From Octopus bimaculoides (Eukaryota), in NCBI RefSeq assembly GCF_001194135.2, contig NC_068983.1:84338397-84402396 (forward strand): 64,000 nucleotides of DNA. The letters are read 5' to 3'. How positions within the stretch are numbered: position 1 is the first letter of the stretch; each line of letters starts with the position of its first letter. The position numbers were made by a program, and so were the translations under genes. This document shows, one piece after another, positions 1-11,745 of the stretch. A model generated the notes under the pieces. The model was not told where the DNA came from and searched no databases. It saw only the letters and a program-made list of their open reading frames with translations.

Positions 1-2520
1 GGCAAGCTTCAAGGATTGGATACCGCAAGACAGACTCGCAGTCGACGAAATGAAAACCGAGATAAGGCGATTACATCTACTCGTATGCACACACCACAGT
101 GAGCAGACTGAAAAGCCAACATCACCTCCAAACTGTTTGCTTTCACTGGAACAAAGCTAGATAGAACTCCAAATTGGCTTGCATTTTATGATTCCGAAGA
201 TGTCAATACTATCCTTCAGAACATTCTTAATTCAATCTCAGTCACATGCAAAGCATCAGTACTGTGTCAACATGTTAGAAACTCTGAAAGTGTAATATAG
301 GAGACTGTTGCTGTCCACCTTGCTGTGAAAGGATGAGAGATGCTGAGTGCAAATTCAAGTTACACAGAACAGAGAATAATAGAAGGCACAACAGTGTGTC
401 CAACCATATCATGCAGGTAACTAAAAAGGCAATACTTAAATTTGAACAATGCATAGCAACCAACCCAAATAGTAAAGTGTTCTAGAAATGTGTCTGTTCA
501 AAACACAGGCCTCACATTTCACTCAGTTCTCTTTGCAATCCTCACAAGTGTTAGATTATTAATGATCCCAAAGAGTTTGCAGAACTATTGCCAAATGCTA
601 TGCTGGTGGTTTTACTGTTGAAAATTTAGATAAACCATCTTCACCATTACTGACATTAAATTCCATAACAACAGTTGAATTTACTCCTGCACTGCTGTGG
701 TGCTACCTGAAGTACATGCACAATTGTGCCTCCTCTGGCCTTGATGGTGTTACTTATCTGCTTCTCGGATGTGATGAGCTCTTTTTACAGCAACAGTTTT
801 CACTACTTTCTTGATTCTGCCCTAACAACTGCATTACCTCAGAACAGTGAAAAATTGTCAGTGTTATTCCAACAACATATCACCTGTCAATTACTGTCCA
901 GTTGGTCTTACTAGCTGTATCACCAAATTGATGGAATCCTGTGTAAGAGAGACACTCTAAAACTCACATAATTTTATTCAACCCTTCCAATTTGGATTTA
1001 TCCCTAATTCCAACTGCCATGACCGACTAATCAAATCTCTTGAACTCATCACCTAAATCACAGATTGCAGCTCATGGGTGGATGTTCACTTTTTTGACTT
1101 CACCAAAGCCTTCCAATCTAGATCACACAAATAACTTATGGTGAAGCTCTCTGCAATGGGCATAAGGCTAATCTTTCTGACTGATTGAAGTCCTTCATTC
1201 TTAGTCATAAAGAAGTATTAAGTACAACGGCAACATTCTCAATCTTATGTAATGACATCTTGTACCCTGCAGAGATCTGTTCTTGGTTCCCAGTTATTTG
1301 TTGCATACTTTAATGAAATAGCTGTCAATGTGAAGAATGTTATTGTATTAAAATATGCAGATGACATCAAGTTGTATCTTAAGATAAAAAGATCAGATCC
1401 TATGAAATATAGCTTATTTCTACAATTTGACTTAGACACAAGACAGCAAATGATTACTTATTGAGAACTCAAGTTGTCTATATATTTATATATTTTGAGT
1501 GAAAAAACTCAGAATTTGACAACTCTCTCTACAACACCAATTTTAAAATGTATGCTGGACTGGAGAATGATATGGGCATTCATCATCATCCCCATCATCA
1601 TCGTTTAACGTCTGCCTTCCATGCTGGCATGAGTTGGACGGTTTGACTGAGGACTGGCGAGCCAGATGGCTGCACCAGGCTCCAATCTCATCTGGCAGAG
1701 TTTCTACAGCTGGATGCCTTTCCTAAAGCTAACCACTCCAAGAGTGTAGTGGGTGCTTTTACGTGCCACGAGCACGAGGGCCAGTAAGGCAGTACTGGCA
1801 ATGGCCATGCTCAAATGGTGTTTTTTATGTGCCACCTGCACAGGAGCCAGTCCAGCAGCACTGGCAACAACCTCGCTCAAATGTTGTTTTTCTCGTGCCA
1901 CCAGCACAAGTGCCAGTAAGGCGACGCTGGTAATGATCACACTGGCGACGCGATGCTGGTAACGATCACACTGGTGACGCTGGTAATGATCACACTCGAA
2001 TGGTGCTTTTTATGTGCCACCGGCACAGGAGCTAGTCAGCAGCCCTGACAACGATCACACTCGGATGGTGCTTTAACATTCCACTGACACAGGGCCAGTC
2101 AGGCGGTGCTGTCATTGGCCACATCAGCGAATTTGATTTTGATTGTGATTTCACAACTAGTCTTTGCAAGCAAAGTTTAGTGTCTAACGACAGAAAGGTA
2201 TGCAAAAGTAGGCTGGTTTCACCACTGGCATAGGCCACGGGTTATTGTTAACAATAATGTTTGCCTATAATGATATAGGCATTATTGTTAACAATAATCT
2301 GTGTTAGACAAACCACATTTCTAATGTTGTCAAAAAGTCTGAAGGTGTCTCAGCATCACTCAGTGAGACCTTTATCAGTCACTCACCAGCTATCTACTTA
2401 AAGATATATGCGACTATGGTACATCCACGCTTACAGTTTGCATCTCCAGTCTGGAACCACCATCTTGTCCAGAGTATCGACTGACTGCAATCACAGGCAA
2501 ATTGCAGCATGTTTGGTTTT
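1..2520 (+). mobile_element. Decayed CR1-group LINE (RT domain), interrupted by an RTE insertion at 1581-2241
   Basis: Remnant RT motifs with stops and frameshifts: VDVHFFDFTKAF, SVLGSQLFVAYFNE, KYADDIKLY, and after the insertion MVHPRLQFASPVWN. Confidence 0.75.
1581..2241 (-). mobile_element. 5'-truncated RTE-LINE 3' end with (GAT)n tail and 15-bp TSD
   Basis: Family 3' signature (+ strand catcatcgtttaacgtc...ggttggacg...). TSD aatgatat(g/a)ggcatt at 1566-1580 and 2269-2283. Confidence 0.8.
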
Positions 2521-3121
2521 CTGAATGTCATGCCTAATTTCATGAAAGAAATGATGTTTATTAAAAATGTGCTTCTTTCATTTTGTTTTCACTTGTTTTC
2601 TCACTCTCTCTCATTCAAAGCAGTTTGGAGAAGTTTGAGTTGAAAAGGAATAACCATTAAATATCTGGCTAACTTAACTTACTTGTTAATGCCCATTGCA
2701 TTGTGGGTACACCACTCAGAAAAATAAAAATGTCCATTATCACCAGTCATCCATTTAATTTTCAACATGTCTCAGAGTCAATTTGCAACCTTCCAATTTT
2801 CAAACACTTTAAATTGGCATCTCTACTCAGAGAACTACATCAATGAATAAAATCTATTGATATAACATTCAATTTCTGCTTTCACACTTGCAACTGTAAC
2901 AAGACATGTTGTCAGGTAGAATTGACAAAACTTTACTGTTGCTGGAGAGGAAACATTTTTTTTTTTTGTATAGCTAAATGAATAAATTAGAAACAAGTCT
3001 TACTACATTTTATGTACATTTTTATATTAACATTATCTCTCAATTTAACAGTGATCAATGAAATGATCTGATTGATAAATTTGCACCAATGAAAAAATAT
3101 AGTCATAGTAAAATCTTGATG

Positions 3122-4085
3122 CATCATCATATCATCATCATCGTTTAACGTCCGCTTTCCATACTAGCATGGGTTGGACGATTTGACTGAGGACTGGTGA
3201 AACCGGATGGCAACACCAGGCTCCAGTCTAATTTGGCAGAGTTTCTACAGCTGGATGCCCTTCCTAACGCCAACCACTCAGAGAGTGTAGTGGGTGCTTT
3301 TACGTGTCACCCGCACGAAAACGGCCACGCTCGAAATGGTGTCTTTTATGTGCCACCCGCACAAGNNNNNNNNNNNNNNNNNNNNNNNNNNNNNNNNNNN
3401 NNNNNNNNNNNNNNNNNNNNNNNNNNNNNNNNNNNNNNNNNNNNNNNNNNNNNNNNNNNNNNNNNNNNNNNNNNNNNNNNNNNNNNNNNNNNNNNNNNNN
3501 NNNNNNNNNNNNNNNNNNNNNNNNNNNNNNNNNNNNNNNNNNNNNNNNNNNNNNNNNNNNNNNNNNNNNNNNNNNNNNNNNNNNNNNNNNNNNNNNNNNN
3601 NNNNNNNNNNNNNNNNNNNNNNNNNNNNNNNNNNNNNNNNNNNNNNNNNNNNNNNNNNNNNNNNNNNNNNNNNNNNNNNNNNNNNNNNNNNNNNNNNNNN
3701 NNNNNNNNNNNNNNNNNNNNNNNNNNNNNNNNNNNNNNNNNNNNNNNNNNNNNNNNNGTGTGGCACTTTTTCACACAGCTATCCTCATCCATTCTCACCA
3801 CATGTCCATACCAGCGCAATCGTCTCTCTTGCACACCACAACTGATGCTTCTAATGTTCAGCTTTTCTCTCAAGATACTTACACTCTGACGGGTATTCAC
3901 ATTGACATTACACATCCAACGGAGCATACTGGCTTCATTCCTTGCGAGCTTACGTATGTCCTCAGCAGTTACAGCCCATGTTTCACTGCCATGTAGCATG
4001 GCTGTTTGTACGCATGCGTCATACAGTCTGCCTTTTACTCTGAGTGAGAGTCCCTTTGTCGCCAGCAGGGGTAAGAGCTCTCTGG
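3122..4085 (-). mobile_element. RTE-LINE 3' fragment spanning an assembly gap
   Basis: MLHGSETWAVTAEDIRKLARNEASMLRWMC...RRLRWYGHVVRM plus the same 3' UTR/tail family. Confidence 0.85.
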
Positions 4086-4994
4086 ATTATGAAAATATTC
4101 AATATTTTCCTTCAATATATGGATCAGACAGATATTCATATTTAATACATTGATTTTTCAAATGTTCATATTTTTCTTTTATTTATTCCATAATGTATCA
4201 TAGCAGCAGCATATGTTAATCACACTGTCACTGGTGATAATATATCAAGACTTTAATGTTTTTAATTATAGAAAAAATATCTTTTTTGCAAAAAGAAAAA
4301 TAAATCCATTTTTTCCCCATTTCTAAGCCATATGCTTATGCATATGGTCTTCTGTAACGAAATTGGCTGAGGTATCTTCACAAAAAAATTACCTTGAATT
4401 TTTTAGTAGTGTAGCCAACCTTATGATGCACCAAATCTCATGCAGTCCTCTACTCAAGAAAGGTTGCCCATTCCTGATCCACTGGAAGCTGTCCTGAAAC
4501 TTGCAACCATACAAATATCCTCCTTCAGCCATTACCATATCTTGAATGCCCTGCTTTTTTGGACCTTGACACAATGAAGTTTCCACATCAAGCAGCTGAC
4601 TTAGTAGAAGGCCACAAGATTAGCCACCATCCTTTCAAAAACTTTGGCTGCCTTTTTGAATTCAGTACCTTTACCATTTGTGGATATGCTTATAAAATAA
4701 AATAATAATGAAAAAACTGCAGTGCCCACGACTATTGGAAAAAATTTTTCATGCTCAAAATGGTTGAAGTATGGAAGAACATTGTATCCTTCCAAAATTT
4801 TCATGCTTTCTGAAATTTGCCAACATTTCTCCTGATGTATCTATGCACCCTTATCTCTTTATGGCTCTTTTACTGTTCCCTTTTCTGTCTTTTTTGTGTT
4901 TATTTTGTGTATTGTACTAGTACTTTTGGCTGTCATTGCTGCCCATCTTCATTTGTATGACTAATTCCTACTATCTGTCCCTTCTTTTACCATT

Positions 4995-5710
4995 CTCCAC
5001 CATGTAGTGCACCTGAGTACTGTAGTGAGATATGGGCCCTGAATGCAGAAGACATGCATAGGCTAGAGAGGAATGAAGCTAGTATGCTCCATTGGATGTG
5101 CAGAATCAGTGTGCATGTACAACTAAGTGCAAATGTGCTGAGAGAAAAGTTGGGCATAAGAGGAATCAAATGCAGCATGCAAGCGAGAAGACTACATTGG
5201 TTTGGACATGTGTTGCATATGAATGAAGATAGCTGTATAAAGAAGTGCTAATCACTTAAAGTGGATGGCACTCATGGAAGAGGGAGACCTAGGAGGAAAT
5301 GGGATGTGGTAGTGAGGATTGATCTCAGGATGTTGGGCCTCATGGAGGAGATGACAATGGACTGAGATGTCTGACAATATGAAGTTCTTGAGACGATCTG
5401 CTTACTTCAGTGAAACTGAGTTCTGGAAGTGCTGTGTGTTCCACACACATGTAACAACAAAGCATTTTTCACATACCCTCCCCTAATAAACCAAATTACA
5501 TCTCTTTGTCTTGCGAATTACTTGGTGACCCCACCAGTGCTACATAAAAAGTACCCAGGCTACCCTGTGAAGTGCCTAGTATTAGGAAGGGCATCCAGCC
5601 ATAAAAACTGTGCCAAAACATACAATGAAGCCTGGTGCAGTCTTCTGGCTAGCCAGCTCCTGTCAAACCATCTGACCCATACCAGAATGCAAAACAGGTG
5701 TTAAATGATT
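4995..5710 (+). mobile_element. Decayed RTE-LINE 3' fragment
   Basis: HRLERNEASMLHWMC...RRLHWFGHVLHM, followed by the family 3' UTR. Confidence 0.8.
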
Positions 5711-6149
5711 GTTGTTGTTGTTGTTGACTGAATGTTCTCTTTCTTTTTTCTTCTTTTTCCTTGTTACTAGTTATGAAAAAGCAAAACCTAATGATGCTAC
5801 TTTGTCTAAAAAGGAATGCAAGATATTCCTGTTCATATTTTGAATTTCTGTATTTCTGTGTATTTTCATTTTTCATTTTAAACCCAAGGAAGACAGACAT
5901 ATTGTTGAAATATTGTTCAGTTCAATAAACAGATTCAATCTCCATTTGTTACAAATCATATCACACTCTTCTTATTACTTATTATGATTATCATTATTAT
6001 TATTATCATTATTATTATTATTATTATTATTGAAGATGTCACACATATCCAGTATTGTGATGTTGTTGATTGAAGATATTGTGTGTACCAAGGATTTCTA
6101 CTTTCTGTCAAGTCACAACAAGGACCTCAGACAGACAGTACTTTACTCA

Positions 6150-6420
6150 GTATGCATGCAGTTCCAAGTAAAGCCAATTTTCACAACACACCAAGGTTGT
6201 AGAGTATTTCTAAAGTGTCAAGATGTTTCTTCATGTTGGTGGGGTATTGAACCCAATGCTCTGATGACAACAGGAACAATCTTTATGTTTGACTCTCACA
6301 GCTGCCACATTTTGGCAATCCCAGTTTCTGGGTCTCTATATTTGTTGACCATTTCTCTTTCTTTCATAATAATATGTTGATCTCTTGCCACTGCCATGTA
6401 AATTATTAGGCACTTTTGCT
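6150..6420 (-). mobile_element. R4/Dong-clade LINE endonuclease-end fragment
   Basis: Visibly similar to 7030-7260 of the larger R4-like copy (shared tctaaagt...gatgtttcttca...tattgaacccaatgct...gatgacaacagg). Confidence 0.55.
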
Positions 6421-6429
6421 TGTCCCTCC

Positions 6430-6625
6430 TAAAGGCTTAGCACATCGGACAAAATGCCTAGTGGTATTTCACCCGTTGCTATGTTCTGGGTTCAAATTCC
6501 GCCAACATTACCTTTCATCCTTTTGGGGTCACTAAAATAAGTACCAGTTGAACACCGAGATCAATATAATCGACTCATCCCCTACCCCAAAATTGCTGCC
6601 CTTGTGGGAAAATTTAAAAACCATT
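6430..6625 (+). mobile_element. tRNA-derived SINE, family A. Other copies at ~9898-10135, 13365-13560 (-), 58880-59735 (three copies) and 62490-62705
   Basis: A-box-like tggcagaatc(g/a)ttagc, B-box-like gttcaaatt, and shared body actttgcctttcatcc...ggggtcgataa...aagtaccag. Confidence 0.75.
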
Positions 6626-7029
6626 ATTATTATTATCATCTTGTTGTTGTTGCTTTGTTTTATATGAACCATTCCAAGATTCACCCAAAAACTTCAAGTA
6701 AGAGCAAGTAGGATGGTTTAATATGGGTGTTAGCTATGATTGGCAGTGATATATTGTTGGGACTACATGCTAAGAACAAAGATTCTGTTAAATTTGTTAT
6801 ATTTTGGCTTTGAAAGAATTTTAAGAGAATCAGATATTTTCAGGTTGACAGTTTTTTACTTAGGATGTGAACAATACCCATGAGAACAATTTTTTGTGGT
6901 TCTAATACTTTCATCCTTTCAGGGTTGATAGAATAAGAATCACTCAGATACTGGAGTCAATGTAATAGAATATCCCCTACTCCTAAATTTCAGGCCTTGT
7001 GCCTATAGTAGAAAAAGCCAATTTTTGCA

Positions 7030-9030
7030 ATACACCTAGATTGTAGGACACTTCTAAAGTTTCCAGATGTTTCTTCAGGTTGGGTAATATTGAACCCAAT
7101 GCTTCGATGACAACAGGGACAGCCTTTATGTTTCACTCTTGTAGTGGCCACATCTTGGTTATATCAATTCTCAGGTTTCCATATTTATCAATCTTTTCTC
7201 TTTCTTTCATGATAGTATGCTGATCTCCTGGCACTGCCATGTCGATTGTTAGGCTTTCTTGTTTATCCCTCCTAAAGATTACTATATCCAGCCTTGTCTG
7301 TCTGGAAGTCAAAGTCTCAGTGGATTTTTGCCTTTCCCTTTTTGACCATTACCTTTTTTGGTGTATGTTGGTACCAAGCACTCATTACCTCATGTTGCAT
7401 AGTAGCCAGTGAAGGTTTTGGGCAACCTTGAAATGTCTGCACTTGTGCTCTTTCTGTGCAAGACTTTCACAAGCACTAACAATGTGAGTCACGCTTTGGA
7501 CCCTTTTCCCATACATTCTGCAGAAGTTCATTGCACTTGTGTGATATATATCCCTTTTCACTGAATTGGTGTTCAATACCTGATCCTGGGCAGCAATGAT
7601 TAAGCTTCCAGTCTTCTTTTTTAGGTCATCTTTGCTGAGCCACCTCCATGATGCTTCCTGATTTTTAAATTTGTTAGTTTCATGGTGGAACTGACTATGT
7701 AATTTCATGTGAAGTAGAGTTTCTTCTCTCTTGTTGGCTATTCCTGATCAGAATTCATTAGCACTCTCAATTCCAATGTTGCTAAATCCTTCTGCATTAG
7801 CAGCATACCAACTATTCTGCCATGTTTCTTCTTTCACCGTTAATATACTCCCATACACTAATCAGCCCACATCCCTCTTTACACTTCTTCATGTAGAGCC
7901 TGTGTACATTCGCCTTAGGGTGGAGGGCACCATGTATTATCATTGTCTTTCGGGTAGTGTGATCGAGTTGGTTAATCTCCACTCATGTCCATTTCAAGAT
8001 GAGTGCACTATAGCAGGCTACAACAACAGCCCATATGTTGATGGCAGTCACAAGGTTACTTGAGTTGAGTTTTGACTTCAAGAGAAGTTTGAGATGCTTC
8101 AAATATGCAGTGATGACCTTGTCTTTCATTTCTCTGTGCAAGATATTGTCCAGGTACTTGTTACCATCATCATCCGAGTCTTCAATTCTCTGTGCAAGAT
8201 ATTTCCCAAAGTACTTGTAACCATCATCATCCAAGTCTTCTATTCACTCTCCATTTAGCAATTCTATGCCCCTACAATCCACTCTTTTCCCCCATTTTAA
8301 AGTGAGCACCACACACTTTGAGATACCAAATTCTGTAGATTGTGTTCCACAAGAAATGTATATATTTTCCCTGCAAAGATGCCTGTTAACACTTTCCATA
8401 AAAAGTTAAGACAAGTCATGGGTCAGTAATTACCAACCTCATTGCCCTTTGACCAATCGTTCATCAACAATGTTGTCTTTCCCTTTACAATCCATTCCAG
8501 AACTGCACCACTCTGTAGGCAGTTGACTAATTGCAACGCAGTTTGCTTGTGTGTTGACTTAAACCACTTGAGCCAGTCGCCTTGAATTCCATCTGGTCCT
8601 GTTGCTTTCCAGTTTGGCAGTCTTAATACCTCTGCAGTTATATCTTCCGTAGTTATACATATACTGGTCCTGTTGTGGAGATTCCAAGCAATGGAGTTTG
8701 AATCTCACAGGCAGAGATACAGAAGATAACATTCCTCCTGAAGCAGAAGAAATCCACCAATTTTGGAATAACATCTGGGGGCAAGAAGTTTCCCACAACC
8801 ATAATGCTGAATGAATTCATTCTGCCTGCAGGTAAATTATTTCTCAGGCAGAATGAATTCATTCAGCATCATGGTTGTGGGAAACTTCTTGCCCCCAGTT
8901 GTTATTCCAAAATTGGCGGGTTTCTTCTGCTTCAGAAGGAATGTTATCTTCTGTATCTCTGCCTAAGCTTTTAAAAAACTGCCTCTTGTTATTTGAGAAT
9001 AATTTGGTTACCAGCCAAGGCTTTAAGATG
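7030..9030 (-). mobile_element. R4/Dong-clade (RLE-type) non-LTR retrotransposon remnant
   Basis: NWKATGPDGIQG, GYKYxG, LKSKLNSSNLVTAINIWAV, SWRWL..LIIAAQDQ and the zinc-knuckle region CR..THIVSAC..RH..VA..LHWLLC. Confidence 0.8.
8709..8964. repeat. Inverted repeat: 120-bp arms, 16-nt spacer
   Basis: 8709-8828 versus reverse complement of 8845-8964 shows 5 mismatches. Confidence 0.95.
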
Positions 9031-9499
9031 CCAGGTTTGCCCTGTGTAACTTGCCGCAGGCCTCCCACAAATACAGGGGTTACACAGGGCAGGAGTGGCA
9101 CAAAATTCCCTGTGCTACTCACATGGACAGCCGCATACAGAATTACACTATGTGATGTATCCTTCCTCTGAGATGTTAGGTGTGATTTGAAAGCGATGTA
9201 ACTACTCTCTTTATCATGCTGGATGACTTCTCAAAGAGTCCATTGCACCCTTGTAATCTTCTTTAGTGGACAGGCTCAGCATATGAAAACCAAGATAGTT
9301 ACATTTGTCCCTACTTCTGAAGCCACAGTAAGTGTTTTTATCGTTGTTGTTTTTGTCACTAGCTAGGCTATGTTCTCTACCCACAGGATCTGAGTGGGAT
9401 GGGTTGGTTGGCAGGCTGTAGTTGCTTCCTGTGTTGTTGATACTGTTGCAGCTGCTGTTGTTTTTTATCTTTTATTATTATCATTATTATCATTATTAT

Positions 9500-9880
9500 T
9501 ATGAAGCAAGCGAAAGCGAAATTGTGATGGCACCTGTGCCCAGCGTCGCCTTTCTGGCACTTGTGCCCGCAGCATGTGTAAGGACTTTCGAGCGAGATCG
9601 TTGCCAGTACCCCTGGACTGGCTCTTGTGCGGGTGGCACATAAAATACACCATTTTGAGCGTTGCCGTTGCCAGTACCATCTGACTGGCCTTCGTGCAGG
9701 TGGCACGTAAAAGCACCCACTACACTCTGAGTGGTTGGCGTTAGGAAGGGCATTCAGCTGTAGAAACTCTGCCAAATCTGATTGGAGCCTGGTGTAGCCA
9801 TCTGGTTTCACCAGTCCTCAGTCAAATAGTCCAACCCATGCTAGCATGGAAAGTGGACGTTAAACGACGATGATGATGAT
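9500..9880 (+). mobile_element. RTE-LINE 3' end inserted in an (ATT)n tract
   Basis: Family 3' UTR ending cgttaaacgacgatgatgat. Confidence 0.8.
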
Positions 9881-11099
9881 GATTATTATTATTATTATTA
9901 AGGTGGCAAGCTGGCAGTATCGTTAGCATGCTGGGAAAAATGCTTAGCATTATTTCGTCTGCCAGTACGTTCTAAGTTCAAATTCTGCCAAGGTCAACTT
10001 TGCCATTCATTCTTTCAGGGTCGATAGAATAAGTACCAGATATACAAAATAAGTACCAGATGTACACTGGAGTCGATGCATTCGACTTAACCCCTTCCCC
10101 AAAATTGCTGCTCTTGTGGCAAAATTTGAAACCATTATTTTCATTATTATTGAGTGAGAGAGCAGTGCATGCCATCAAAGTGACACTGAAGTAAAATATA
10201 CAAAGCCCATTATACCCATAATGACTACCTGTCTGATAAGGGTACGCCAGGCACATGCATCACAACCATATGTGCGCGACATGGTGATCTCATATCAAGA
10301 TAAACAGCGCATGCCCTCGCAGGTGGGGCCCAGTTAGATCAGAACTGGTCTGGAACTAAAAAAATAGAAGGATGTCTGAAAACAAGATTTAAAAACTATA
10401 GGTCCTGTCCACTCTTGTGACTAAAATGTAATAAAAACGTTTGTTATTTCATTATTTACCATCAGTAACATAAGGTGTCCGAAGTGTCGCGTCTTGAGGC
10501 ATAGCGTAATACTTCTACACCACTGGAATTGGACCGGGAATTTGATATATTTTCCTTCAGATTTTTCGTTTGTATAAATTTATGATTTAAACGAGTGATT
10601 CGTAAGTTTATCTGTGGCGGAACTCTTATGCAATTTTTCAACAAACTGTGGGCCCTAATCTTGTCACCCTAATTTTGATAATACTTTAAAGAAAGCGAAG
10701 AAAATTTAGTCACGTTAATAAAAGCATATAAGTTATTATTATGAAAATGATATAATTTTCTACAAAATAAATTTCTATTAGATTTTATCAAAAGCGATTA
10801 TCTCGCTTTTAATAAATACGTGTTATAAAAAATAACGAAGGCAAATTTAAATTCAAGGGGGAATAACTAAAGTATTTACAAAATAGAGTTGTTTTTCATT
10901 GTCACAAATCTTGAGATCCCCAACCACCAAGTTGGGAAGCATTTGGTAGAAAGAAGAAACTTTTAGATTTTATTTATGTTTTATTGACTATCGTAGTCCG
11001 CAGGATATTTCTTCATTATAATAATTTTAAATGATATATTATGTACTTTATTGTGGTTTATTATGCGAGTGATCTGCTGATCCGGGCAAAAAAAAGGTT

Positions 11100-11745
11100 G
11101 ATGAACAGCTGATATACAGTGCTCAGGTGCACTACAATTCATCGGTAAAAGGTAAATGAGGGACAGAGAGGAGCAGCAAGTCATGTAAAGAAAACAACGA
11201 ATGCTAAAAGCCAACAAAAAACACACTCACACACACACTCAAAAATGACGGAAAAGAGAACAGTAAGTAAAAGTGAAAAAATAGTGGGTCCACGCGACAA
11301 AATAGTAAATTGGAGATCCACAATAGGCGTCTGTTCATAGAGGAAGTGCAAATTTGGTGTCGGGAGTCTGGGTTGCATGTAGATGGGGAAGATTAGAATG
11401 AAGGTATCATCTGCTAGGATTAGGCGTTGTTGGTGGTGACATCGTTGATGTTTAGGAGGGAAAGTGTGGGAAATACAGTATGAGTCAAAGAGAGCTCCAT
11501 CACCACACGCAGAGATGATGCTGACAGGAAACCTCCAATCCAAAAGACAAAAGACAGATGGAGCCTATAGACAGACGATCCACCCCAGAAGATCCACATA
11601 CTAGACACAGTCTGGCATGCAAGAACCAAGAAGTGTTATGACTGTTGCAGTCACTGAAGACATTAATTTCGGAGAGCGATGAAGTCAGATACATGTCTTC
11701 GATATAGGACATATTCCTGCCCTCATTGGTAGTTGGAGGGATTTG
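11100..11745 (-). mobile_element. LINE remnant with APE-endonuclease-like segment
   Basis: NVFSDCNSHNTSW resembles GDFNxHxxxW; frameshifted. Confidence 0.5.

Noticed and set aside
2683-2941. Minus-strand acceptor and donor around 2.7-2.9 kb as exons of the leftward candidate gene
   Set aside because: The phase-compatible frame has several stops and no recognisable product.
9377-9811. ORFs such as MKPDG..LQSDLAEFLQLNALPNANHSE (also 1704-1962, 3197-3365, 36275-36672)
   Set aside because: These are translations of the high-copy RTE 3' UTR, recurring in every copy.
9898-9990. tRNA-like A/B boxes
   Set aside because: These are SINE heads; no cloverleaf or anticodon arm could be built, so no tRNA gene is called.
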